From: a virus
Strand: one strand, 5' to 3'
IMG/VR virus record: IMGVR_UViG_3300046170_000524
DNA length: 64,000 nt
Under the pieces are notes generated by a model. That model saw only the letters and a program-made list of their open reading frames with translations. It had not been told where the DNA came from and ran no database searches. Both the position numbers and the translations under genes were made by a program. The first letter of the stretch is position 1. Each line of letters opens with the position of its first letter. Positions 31,883 through 40,852 of this stretch are shown piece after piece.

Positions 31883-32528
31883 TTATTTTGTTTGGTTTTG
31901 TCTTTGTTTGTGAAGGATTGCTTGCAATTGTTTTCTTGCTTCTTGTATTGCGTGCAACGCATCCAAGACGGCTTCGCCTTGCGTGAATGTTTTCATTTCT
32001 GCATTGGCAAGGAAGTTTAGGTTCCCTTCGGCTTTAGAAAGAGCGAGTCCGAGTTCTAGTTCAATGAATCTTTTTTGTTCTGTCATAGCATTAAACGCTT
32101 TCTATTGATGAGATGATGCGAGCTCCTGTTTTGATTGGCTCGCGTGTTTGTGCTTTTAATTGTTTTGCGATTCTTACCGCTTCGGCACGAGATTTTGCGT
32201 TGTCAATTAGCTTTCCGTTAAACGAGATGTTGAACCATTGTGAGAAGTTTGGGTTTTGTATTATCTTAATCATGATATTAATCTATGAAAATTTTTGTGC
32301 AATTGCAAGAAAAAAAGAAAGTTTTTTAAGTTTTTTTTACGCTATCCATTCGACAAGTTCAAACTTTCTAGGCAGTCCAAACTTGGCGAGATCTTTGTTT
32401 AAGTCTTCAATTGATGCGTGATGCTCGCATTTCATCATGACATTTTCGCTGATTAACTCGCCGGTTTTGCGGTCAATTATATTTACTTTGGCAATGAAGC
32501 CGTTTACTTTATTATTTGTCTTAATCAT
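31883..32528 (-). other. Three small hypothetical CDS (31883-32086, 32091-32273, 32337-32528)
   Basis: Two start with ATGATTAAGA; 32091-32273 is paralogous to 32741-32899. Confidence 0.65.
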
Positions 32529-32559
32529 ATACCTACAAGGTAGCACATCAGGTCAGAAA

Positions 32560-32647
32560 TTGCAAGCAAAAAGTGAAAAAAGATTCTCTTATTTTATTGC
32601 ACAATTCAACCGCCGGGGGGCCCGAGTTGGATCGGGCAACTTTTTAG
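32560..32647 (-). repeat. GC-core cassette element R4
   Basis: 33 bp identical core; stop codon of 32644-32721 lies inside it. Confidence 0.9.
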
Positions 32648-33145
32648 TCAGTTAGTAGATCGCTAAACATAAAGTAGAATACGAGAGACATATTGGCGAA
32701 AAAGATAATTTCTAAGATCATAATTTTTTAGTTGTTTAGGTTACTTATTACTTGACAGGATAGGCGAGCGAGTTTTCTTGCTTAATTGCTTTGCTATTTC
32801 TAAAGCTTTCGAGTAACTCTTTGCGTTGTCAACGAGCTTGCCGTTGTAAAGAACATTGAACCAATTTTGAAAGTTTGGGTTTCTGAATACATTAATCATA
32901 ATTATTTATTCTAAAGGTTTACTAGCAAAGGTCAAGCCTTATTGCCAAATTGTTTCCACATCGTCGTGGATTTGAGAGAAAGAAATGTCTTGCTCTTCCG
33001 CAAGTATTCTGTCAAGGTATGGAGCTCGACCTGTTTTGCGGTCGATGTTCGCGGAACGAACTCGTGGATATTCTTGGGATGGGTTATCCCAAACTTTAAC
33101 GCTGTAGTGGGTTGACCACTTTTTAATTCTTATTTTCTTAATCAT
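32644..33145 (-). other. Three small CDS (32644-32721 TM peptide, 32741-32899, 32939-33145)
   Basis: Hand translation plus ORF track. Confidence 0.6.
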
Positions 33146-33176
33146 ATGTAATTACATTAATGTATTTTTTTAAAAA

Positions 33177-33240
33177 TTGCAAGAAAAAAGCGAAAAAAGA
33201 TTCAACTATTTTATTGCACTATACCCCCAGCCCCGGTGTG
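33177..33240 (-). repeat. Cassette element R5 (partial, core inverted)
   Basis: TTCAACTATTTTATTGCAC shared; CCCCCAGCCCCGG instead of the G-run. Confidence 0.65.
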
Positions 33241-33461
33241 ACCCTACCCATTAAATGGATTCATTTTTTAATCGAACTGTTCAAGAACAGCCGGGGGTGG
33301 GTTTTCTCAATATACAACACAATACATTTAATTATAACATATGTTAAGGTCAAAAAAAATCGGCACCATATAATAAATCATCCAAAACAATACAAAATAA
33401 TATAATCGGCGCCTATATAAAACACTTAAAAAGTGTACATTATAGAATATAATATATAAAC

Positions 33462-34196
33462 ATGCCTCGACGCAAGAAACAAACTGAAATCGTGAATGAA
33501 GACGAAATCGAAAGAATTCGCAAATCATTAACAAAAACTAATATAAAACTCAAAAAAATTAGTTTAACTGAAAAACAACGAGAACTATTAAAAATAATCT
33601 TTGACAGTAATTCAAAAATAATATTTATTAGTGGTCCCGCGGGAACAAGTAAAACATATGTCGCGATTTACGGAGCTTTACAGCTTTACAACATGAACAA
33701 TGAGCGCGGAATTACTTATGTTCGAACCATTGCAGAAAGTGGCGAAAAGAGTCTTGGAGCATTACCTGGTGAAATGGCGGAAAAAATCAATCCATACATG
33801 ATGCCAATGAATGAAAAGCTAGATGAATTATTAATTCCTGGTCAAGCAAGCATAGTAAAAGACAAAGAAATAATAAAAGGCATGCCGATTAACTATTTAC
33901 GTGGCGCGAGTTGGCGAAATGAAATAGTAATCGCGGATGAATCTCAAAATTTCACATTTAAAGAATTAACTACGTTAATGACGCGATTAGGAGAAGGAAG
34001 TAAATTATTAATTTGCGGTGATCCTATGCAAAGCGATATTAATGGTAAAAGTGGATTCGCAGATATGTATTCATTATTTAACGATATCGAAAGTAAAGAG
34101 CAAGGTATTCACACTTTCTATTTCGGCGCAGAAGATATTAAACGCAGTGAAATATTAAAATATGTAATAAATAAAATACAAAACAACAAAAAATAA
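33462..34196 (+). CDS. phoH: PhoH-family ATPase
   Basis: GPAGTSKT Walker A, G.LPG, YLRG, IADESQN, CGDPMQSD. Confidence 0.92.
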   Translation: MPRRKKQTEIVNEDEIERIRKSLTKTNIKLKKISLTEKQRELLKIIFDSNSKIIFISGPAGTSKTYVAIYGALQLYNMNNERGITYVRTIAESGEKSLGALPGEMAEKINPYMMPMNEKLDELLIPGQASIVKDKEIIKGMPINYLRGASWRNEIVIADESQNFTFKELTTLMTRLGEGSKLLICGDPMQSDINGKSGFADMYSLFNDIESKEQGIHTFYFGAEDIKRSEILKYVINKIQNNKK

Positions 34197-34199
34197 ATT

Positions 34200-35483
34200 A
34201 TGCCCGATTTTACACCAGATTATGAATTCAGCTTGTCAGAAGTCGTAGACTTCATGAATGACCATAATGGTGTTGATATCGGAGCAAATAATATTAGCTT
34301 AAAAAGTTTATTTGCTATCGCTCAAGAAAACGGTATAATTTTACCTAATGGAGATTATACTGCACCTCATAAAATGAGCGAATTTCTTGGAATGAATTAT
34401 AGCACTGTTCCTCCTGGATCTCCAATTCTTCGACTACTCGATCAAGATGGAAATGAAATCACCTGGACCCAGGATGAAATTATTCTTGATGTTGGTGATG
34501 AAGTGCCTCCTTATATTTTTGGAATTGGACCTAATGATATCACTTTAAATTTTGAACCTCCTGCGCCCCCAGAGCCAGTTATATCTAAAGCGCAGATATC
34601 GATTAATAATGGTAGTCAGCGATATTTCATGCCTTATGAATATCAAAACGGAGTCGGGCATATGCATTTACCTGTCTTAGTAAAAGCAACATGCTCAACA
34701 CTTGGATTAAATAATGACTACCTTGGTATGATGTTTATTTTCCAATCTCAGACATTTGGTCACCATTGGTTTAGCTTAGGTTTAGACGGAATGGAGTATC
34801 ATCCACTTTCTCAGTCATGGAGTGCATATGGAGATGTGTATACATCAGCTGCGGACGGCCGAAGAGAACATACCTGCACTTACATTAGATTGGTCAAATA
34901 TACAGGTGAGGGTTGGTATAATATCGGGAGAGACAATACAACAGACCATGATACATCAGTTTTAAAACATCCACATTCTGGAGTTTCAATATATACAGAT
35001 GCATGTACTACAGCGTGGTCTCCGCAAGGACAAAGCATTCCAGATGGTCACTTCACTCAGGAAACACTAGGGGACATTCCAGGGGGTTGGACAAATGGAA
35101 TATGTGTTGCTAGAAATCTTGGGTTTGACGCTTTATATGGCCCCGCATCACCATACGGTCGTGGGGCAGGTTATCCACGGATTGGCGCTAGTTATGTCGC
35201 GAGCGCAAATAGTATTAATTGGAGTGATTTATTTGAAGGAGATTTTCAAATAAATAACTTTATAGAATATGGTTCAGACCCGTCATATAGAGCTGTAGCG
35301 TCACTCGGTGACGCACAAAATATAAATTCTGGATGGCTTGATGGTTGTGCTGGCCCGAAAGCTTCTAGCTGGGATTACTGGACTACCGCGGGAATGACCG
35401 TTAATCAGCAAGCTTGGAGTTCATCCGGGGGAAATAAAGGTTGGTCGCAAGTACATAAATTTATCGATAACCCACCACAGTAA
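34200..35483 (+). CDS. Putative virion structural/tail-associated protein
   Basis: N-terminal SL...APHKMSEF motif, G/W/S-rich beta-type C-terminus. Confidence 0.5.
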   Translation: MPDFTPDYEFSLSEVVDFMNDHNGVDIGANNISLKSLFAIAQENGIILPNGDYTAPHKMSEFLGMNYSTVPPGSPILRLLDQDGNEITWTQDEIILDVGDEVPPYIFGIGPNDITLNFEPPAPPEPVISKAQISINNGSQRYFMPYEYQNGVGHMHLPVLVKATCSTLGLNNDYLGMMFIFQSQTFGHHWFSLGLDGMEYHPLSQSWSAYGDVYTSAADGRREHTCTYIRLVKYTGEGWYNIGRDNTTDHDTSVLKHPHSGVSIYTDACTTAWSPQGQSIPDGHFTQETLGDIPGGWTNGICVARNLGFDALYGPASPYGRGAGYPRIGASYVASANSINWSDLFEGDFQINNFIEYGSDPSYRAVASLGDAQNINSGWLDGCAGPKASSWDYWTTAGMTVNQQAWSSSGGNKGWSQVHKFIDNPPQ

Positions 35484-35521
35484 ATCTATTCTTTGTTTTA
35501 AATTCGCAAAAATATAAAATT

Positions 35522-36574
35522 ATGGCATATATAGTAAAAGCTCAATACGGTCGATATATTATAAATGATGAGTCTTATTCATCTATCTTTGTAACAACGG
35601 GGAATACAATAACTTTCGACGTTTCTCATCCTAGTAACACAGATCATCCATTAAAAATATCCACAACTAAAGACGGAACCCATGGAGTTGATGAAAATGG
35701 GAACCAAGGCACAGAACTGGACGACGCTACAGCTATAGTTAATAACGGAGATCCTGGCGATCCTAATGCACAAATTATGTTTACTCCTGCACTGGATGGT
35801 ATTTTTTACTATTATTGTGAGCATCACGCTAATATGGGCTCAAGCATTACGTCAGTACAAACAAAGTTCACAGATCTTGGAGCTACCGCATACGACGCAC
35901 AAGATGGTGACATAACAAACAGAATAACAAAAAAAATATACAAAAAAGATGGAAATAATGTATTTCAGTTAGTAGCGTCCATCGATGACCCTCATGGTAA
36001 TCCATGGGAAGTTTTAGATATTGATATAACTGAGCAAGCATCTTATAAAATAGAATATAATGCAAAAGGTCTTGATAATATTGATGCATCTAATCAACCA
36101 TTAGAAAGATATATAAATATCATTACATCCGGGTCGGGGTCAGGCTCGAATCCTGTTTCAAATGAATGGGCTGTCAGTAATACTAAATGGGAAGGAACTA
36201 TAGAAGAGTGGTGCGGTTACAATTTTACTTCTGATACGGAAGTTACACTGCAAATTGCCGGATTTATAGACTTTGGTGTTGGTAGTGGAACGTGGGAGAT
36301 GAAATTTTACGGTACATATGAAGTCTCAGCAGACGGTATTGTATCCATGTCAAATTGGGACGGACCCCATGATGTAGTGAACGTTGGCGGGACTTTTAAC
36401 CCTGAAGCGCCACATTTCACTTTTACTTTAAAAATTGCTGATGATACTGGAACTTTATTAAACGAAACCACAGGAGATCAGTGGAATAGCACGCAAGATT
36501 TAATTTGGGAAAATACAGCTTTTACGAAGGGTCTTAACATAGAACATTGGAGAGACAGATACATGAATTCATAA
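35522..36574 (+). CDS. Putative structural protein with cupredoxin-like and DUF5011 Ig-like domains
   Basis: HPL...YYYCEHHANMG; FTDLGATAYDAQDGDIT. Confidence 0.6.
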   Translation: MAYIVKAQYGRYIINDESYSSIFVTTGNTITFDVSHPSNTDHPLKISTTKDGTHGVDENGNQGTELDDATAIVNNGDPGDPNAQIMFTPALDGIFYYYCEHHANMGSSITSVQTKFTDLGATAYDAQDGDITNRITKKIYKKDGNNVFQLVASIDDPHGNPWEVLDIDITEQASYKIEYNAKGLDNIDASNQPLERYINIITSGSGSGSNPVSNEWAVSNTKWEGTIEEWCGYNFTSDTEVTLQIAGFIDFGVGSGTWEMKFYGTYEVSADGIVSMSNWDGPHDVVNVGGTFNPEAPHFTFTLKIADDTGTLLNETTGDQWNSTQDLIWENTAFTKGLNIEHWRDRYMNS

Positions 36575-36577
36575 ATA

Positions 36578-36892
36578 ATGCAACTAAAAATACAATCTTG
36601 TCTATCAGAACCTCCGAGTGAAATATCTTGTTTTCGCGATGTTACATTATATGCAAAAACTTATATTTTTGAAGATGTATTACTTGAATGCGAACCTGGT
36701 ACGCGATCAATATATTGGCATTGGTTAAAAAGTCAAGGTGCGCATGATTTTATTTCAGAATTAATTCTTTCAAGCCAAAAAGAACCCGGGTATAGTATTG
36801 GAACTACCCCGGGTTATAATATTGTTACAGACCGTATCGCCTGCTATAATCTAAGCGAAATTATTAACTCGCTGCAGCAGTTTCTTCGCTAA
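36578..36892 (+). CDS. Hypothetical protein
   Basis: 104 aa ORF. Confidence 0.55.
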   Translation: MQLKIQSCLSEPPSEISCFRDVTLYAKTYIFEDVLLECEPGTRSIYWHWLKSQGAHDFISELILSSQKEPGYSIGTTPGYNIVTDRIACYNLSEIINSLQQFLR

Positions 36893-37169
36893 CCTGTTCA
36901 ACAGCTTCATTCGCGGCATTTTCAGTTTTTGATTTTTCTACCGCGGTGAGAAGTTCAGAAACTTGTTCGTCGGTCATATCCTTCACTTGTTCGCGACCTT
37001 GCGCTAAGGCTTGATTTTGAACTAGTTGAAGTACTGCATTAAGGGAAACTTGAGAAAGCGCTTCTGCAAGCGTTGCTCGGCCAAGAAATTCATTAGCCAA
37101 TGCTACCACTGCATCTTCGCGTTCTTGCGATACTTTTTCGTCTGTGTTTTGAGTATTTTGATCTGTCAT
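36864..37169 (-). CDS. Hypothetical helical acidic protein
   Basis: 101 aa, A/E/Q rich. Confidence 0.6.
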   Translation of the reverse strand: MTDQNTQNTDEKVSQEREDAVVALANEFLGRATLAEALSQVSLNAVLQLVQNQALAQGREQVKDMTDEQVSELLTAVEKSKTENAANEAVEQVSEETAAAS

Positions 37170-37205
37170 GTTTTATATTATATGATTTTAATTTTTTTTA
37201 AAGTA

Positions 37206-37400
37206 TTAATCTGTATTTTGATATGTTGGGTTTTGATTGTTGTATATTCTTTGAGTAAATAAATTATGAAATAATACTTGTTGTTGTAATCTATTTATTT
37301 CTTTATTTTGATTATTTACCAATTCATTCTGATCCCATGCAAACCACATTATAAAAAATAAAGCTAATAGTAAGCTCACGATAGTTAAATGATCATTCAT
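37206..37400 (-). CDS. Small membrane-anchored coiled-coil protein
   Basis: N-terminal TM followed by an N/Q-rich helix. Confidence 0.5.
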   Translation of the reverse strand: MNDHLTIVSLLLALFFIMWFAWDQNELVNNQNKEINRLQQQVLFHNLFTQRIYNNQNPTYQNTD

Positions 37401-37562
37401 TAAGTTATAATAATAGTATAGTTTTTTGTTTCAATTATAATATTTATTTATTTGAAAAAGATATAATTTAAACAATAATATATTATAAAATGCAGAGAGT
37501 TTCTGCAGTAATCTATATAAAATTTTTAGTGTAAAAATATTAGATAAACATAAACAATTTAA

Positions 37563-39380
37563 ATGAGCGCAGATTATTATCAAGAAAAAGGTGCAGTAGC
37601 TACAGACGCCGCCGATACTGACATCACGGAGTATATCACCAAAACTATAGAAAAATACAATGAAGAAACAGGGGAATGGGACATTATTGGTCAAATTAAT
37701 GACGCTCATCAAAATCAAGAGTTGTGGAGCGAAGAAGATGAGCTTCCGGAAGGAGTAAATGTTGGAGATGTTAAAATTGAGGGGTGGACCGTGCCGCACA
37801 TTGATACTACACAACCTGGAGCTCAATACAGAATAAGATATAATGTAAAAGATGTAGCGAATCAGCCCGCAGAAGAGGTTACTAGATTAATAACTATAGA
37901 TCGACCATCCTCAATGTACTTAAATTATATTGGATTAAGAGATGATGGGATAGCGCAGGTGCCCACCAATTATACTTTAGGTGGTAGCTATTACTTTTTA
38001 AAAGCAGGAGGTCAGGCGTGGTTTGGAGAAGGTGATACTTGGCATTATAATATTTCTTACAAAGACATAGAAAGCGAGACGTCGGACGCATCACTTGCGG
38101 ACGTTAAAAAAGAAAACAATGCATCGTACCAGATCATTAACGATTTCGGAGGTTACCTTGAATATCAGGATATAACGTTGAGCGATTATGTTTATTCTGA
38201 TTTCAAATATAAATGGAGCAGGGTAAATGACGTACTTTTTATCGCATACGACGTCTTTAGAGGAATGCTTGCATATCGAACCGGAATCTTGCATTTCAAC
38301 GGATATGACACTGGGGTTCAATCCTATGGTAATTTAGATGATCAAACGAATAATAATTATTATAGTTGGTTGAGTGAAAATATAGAAAATATCCGAGACT
38401 TACGTCATTTCCCTGCGAAGTATGCATTCATATCAATATGCCTTATGGGTAATGGAGACTTGGTTAGTGCAGACTGGACAAACCCTGAAAAAATGCAAAA
38501 TCCTCCAATCATCAAAAGCAAGATAAGATCTATAGTCGCCGCAGATATTTCAAGGAACTCGTCTAGTGCATCTGACTTTGTAGAAAACAATAAAGATGCC
38601 GCATTTATATGTGAAGATTTTAGCAGAGATCTATGGTGGATTTATTACGATGCTTCGCATAGTTCATGGGGTTCAATAAAATTCAACTTAAATATTAAAG
38701 CTCATGAGATACAAGCTATAACTATTCACGAACAAAATGATCTTTGTCGCATAGTATTAAAAAGTGATACTACAAAAATGTACAACTACACATCTGATAG
38801 ATCTACCTATCAAACAAAATCTAATTTGACTGATGAAGATTTAGTTGCCCATGATTTTTTAGATAGTGAGTCAAATATACTAGCAATTTACTGCAGCCTT
38901 GACTTCGTTCTGATTACGGAAGATGGAATACATATTGAAAATCATAGTGTTAATCAGTATGGTCAGCAGCCCCTGCCATACAGTGCGTCTATCTTGGATG
39001 ACGATAAAGAAGAATTGCCTGGATCTGCAGAAATATCATGGGCAGAGCTTTTTACAATGTATGAATTTGATAAAGTAATTCCTGGAATGGACCACCTTTT
39101 GAATGTGATGAGATACGTTCTCAAGCAAGAATATTTAAACGAATGGCAAACAGCGAACGCGCATATATTTCCTGCTATATATATCTTATGCCCAAGCCCC
39201 GTGACTTTGATAGATGCTCGGCCAGATGGGAACCCCAACGGAGTAAATTATTTACAGGGTCGCCCACAAAGATCTTTCGCTCAAGAAACTTTAGAAAGAT
39301 TGATACTTGAAGAGCTTACAGTTCAAAGCGGAGAAAAAGTGCTTGATATGAATCCTGGAATTAGGAAGTGGAATGAATAA
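37563..39380 (+). CDS. Putative structural protein with N-terminal DUF5011-like Ig domain
   Basis: YYQEKGAVATDAAD.DIT...Y.I.YNVKD.A...AEEVTR.ITI. Confidence 0.55.
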   Translation: MSADYYQEKGAVATDAADTDITEYITKTIEKYNEETGEWDIIGQINDAHQNQELWSEEDELPEGVNVGDVKIEGWTVPHIDTTQPGAQYRIRYNVKDVANQPAEEVTRLITIDRPSSMYLNYIGLRDDGIAQVPTNYTLGGSYYFLKAGGQAWFGEGDTWHYNISYKDIESETSDASLADVKKENNASYQIINDFGGYLEYQDITLSDYVYSDFKYKWSRVNDVLFIAYDVFRGMLAYRTGILHFNGYDTGVQSYGNLDDQTNNNYYSWLSENIENIRDLRHFPAKYAFISICLMGNGDLVSADWTNPEKMQNPPIIKSKIRSIVAADISRNSSSASDFVENNKDAAFICEDFSRDLWWIYYDASHSSWGSIKFNLNIKAHEIQAITIHEQNDLCRIVLKSDTTKMYNYTSDRSTYQTKSNLTDEDLVAHDFLDSESNILAIYCSLDFVLITEDGIHIENHSVNQYGQQPLPYSASILDDDKEELPGSAEISWAELFTMYEFDKVIPGMDHLLNVMRYVLKQEYLNEWQTANAHIFPAIYILCPSPVTLIDARPDGNPNGVNYLQGRPQRSFAQETLERLILEELTVQSGEKVLDMNPGIRKWNE

Positions 39381-39435
39381 TAATCGCGAAAATAATTAAA
39401 CGTTGTAAAAAGTATACTTCGTGTAACTACTTAAT

Positions 39436-39942
39436 ATGGCAAATTTTAGAATAGATCAACTTCAATCTTTAAGTCCGGCAAACTTTGATCCTTCGAGCGA
39501 TGTTTTAATTGTTCAAAAACCTAATGGAGGAACATTCAAAATGACTCCTGGAAACGTAGTAACGAATACGGTCTCTGTCGGCCTGAAGTTTTTAAGTAAA
39601 AGCTACTTTGTGGAATCTTTCGGCGGAACTGCAGGAAGTTGGCAGAATAGTTCTTTTAGCGTTGATTCAGCGAATGTACCAGATACAGCATCTGCAGCGT
39701 TCTTATCTATAGATAATAGCGGAGACGATGATCCGGCTTTTGGTTTTAGATTTTTTACATCATCTAATTACTCAATCAATAATATGCATGAATTAAAATA
39801 CCTTAATTTAAGTAGTAGTGACCAACAGTCGGTTACAACTTGTTTTGTTCCAATAGTTAATGGAGTAATATACTATAGTTTATATAATATTCCGCATAGC
39901 GCAAATAGTAAACTGGATGTTTATATGCATGCGTATATGTAA
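39436..39942 (+). CDS. Putative tail-fibre-associated protein
   Basis: MANFRIDQL N-terminus typical of fibre anchors; S/N rich. Confidence 0.45.
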   Translation: MANFRIDQLQSLSPANFDPSSDVLIVQKPNGGTFKMTPGNVVTNTVSVGLKFLSKSYFVESFGGTAGSWQNSSFSVDSANVPDTASAAFLSIDNSGDDDPAFGFRFFTSSNYSINNMHELKYLNLSSSDQQSVTTCFVPIVNGVIYYSLYNIPHSANSKLDVYMHAYM

Positions 39943-40137
39943 TTATTTATTTTTTTTACTTTTAATTCTTTTTATTTCGTCTGGTAAAATTTTAACAACT
40001 TTATCTGTTTGATTTTCCATCATTAGTTCTGCTGGGGTTGAGCCGTTTAATTTTGCATTTTCTGTTTTTAGCCAGCAGGTAGATTGATAAGAATTTAAAT
40101 TTTTACTTAATGTTTCAAGAATTGACTTTTGTGACAT
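39943..40137 (-). CDS. Stand-alone Xre/MbcA/ParS C-terminal (DUF2384)-like domain
   Basis: WLKTENAKLNGSTPAELM...V..IL. Confidence 0.55.
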   Translation of the reverse strand: MSQKSILETLSKNLNSYQSTCWLKTENAKLNGSTPAELMMENQTDKVVKILPDEIKRIKSKKNK

Positions 40138-40193
40138 GTAATATATTACACGTTTTTTATATTTTTTTAACTAGAAGGTGTAACATATAACCT

Positions 40194-40628
40194 ATGGGGC
40201 CAATATTAAATACTATTATAGGAGCCGGAATAAAACTAGCATGTAATTTAATTAATGCGTGGCTAGAACAAAAAAGACAAGATCAATTAGCTTTAGCTGC
40301 AAGGGACGAAAAAATGTTAAACGCTTTAATCGCAAGTCAGGAGGCTAATGCGAAAGATCCTTTTGTAAAAGTAACAAGAAGAATTTTATTTATGAGTATT
40401 ACGTTTACAATGTGTTTTTTGATGATTTATTATGCAATGAATCCACATATATCATACGATTTAATTGTTCCAAAAGGAGATAACGCTAAGTGGGGTTTTT
40501 TTGGTTGGGTTTTTGGAGGAAAAGACTGGGAACTGGTGACTATGACCGGAGGATTGATGCTTGCATCGTTTATGGATTTATGTTTCATGGTGATTGGTTT
40601 TTATGCAATACCCAGTAAGCGCAGATGA
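40194..40628 (+). CDS. Holin-like membrane protein (3TM-holin type)
   Basis: Amphipathic N-terminus, DPFVKVTRRIL, two TM helices, basic C-terminus. Confidence 0.5.
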   Translation: MGPILNTIIGAGIKLACNLINAWLEQKRQDQLALAARDEKMLNALIASQEANAKDPFVKVTRRILFMSITFTMCFLMIYYAMNPHISYDLIVPKGDNAKWGFFGWVFGGKDWELVTMTGGLMLASFMDLCFMVIGFYAIPSKRR

Positions 40629-40852
40629 GATTTTTATTATTTATAATCTTGTTTTTTAATGGATGCGCAAGCAAGGTAGCAAAAAGTTTAAGTAAAAAGC
40701 CAGATACTGGTTCTATTAAAGATAAATCAGATGTATTTAATATCGCTGAAAGCACTGAAACCTATAATCATCAAGATCCGTTAATTTGGTTCGGGATTAT
40801 TATATTAATCGTTTTGCTATCAGCAATTATACCTTTAATTTTTAAAAAATGA
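40625..40852 (+). CDS. Small lipoprotein with C-terminal TM (u-spanin-like topology)
   Basis: Lipobox-like FNGC; C-terminal hydrophobic helix ending FKK. Confidence 0.4.
   Translation: MRFLLFIILFFNGCASKVAKSLSKKPDTGSIKDKSDVFNIAESTETYNHQDPLIWFGIIILIVLLSAIIPLIFKK

Noticed and set aside
29366-32620. KOPS (GGGNAGGG) polar motifs
   Set aside because: The cores are G6-CCC and do not match GGGNAGGG; polarity follows transcription direction.
29321-32647. Integron attC array
   Set aside because: ATCCAAC and GTTGAAT-like boxes exist on the minus strand, but the unit is only ~49 bp, lacks the attC internal dyad, has its own promoters, and there is no tyrosine integrase in the window.
22540-33240. CRISPR array
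   Set aside because: Repeats are separated by 0.6-1.8 kb of coding DNA rather than 30-40 bp spacers; no cas genes.
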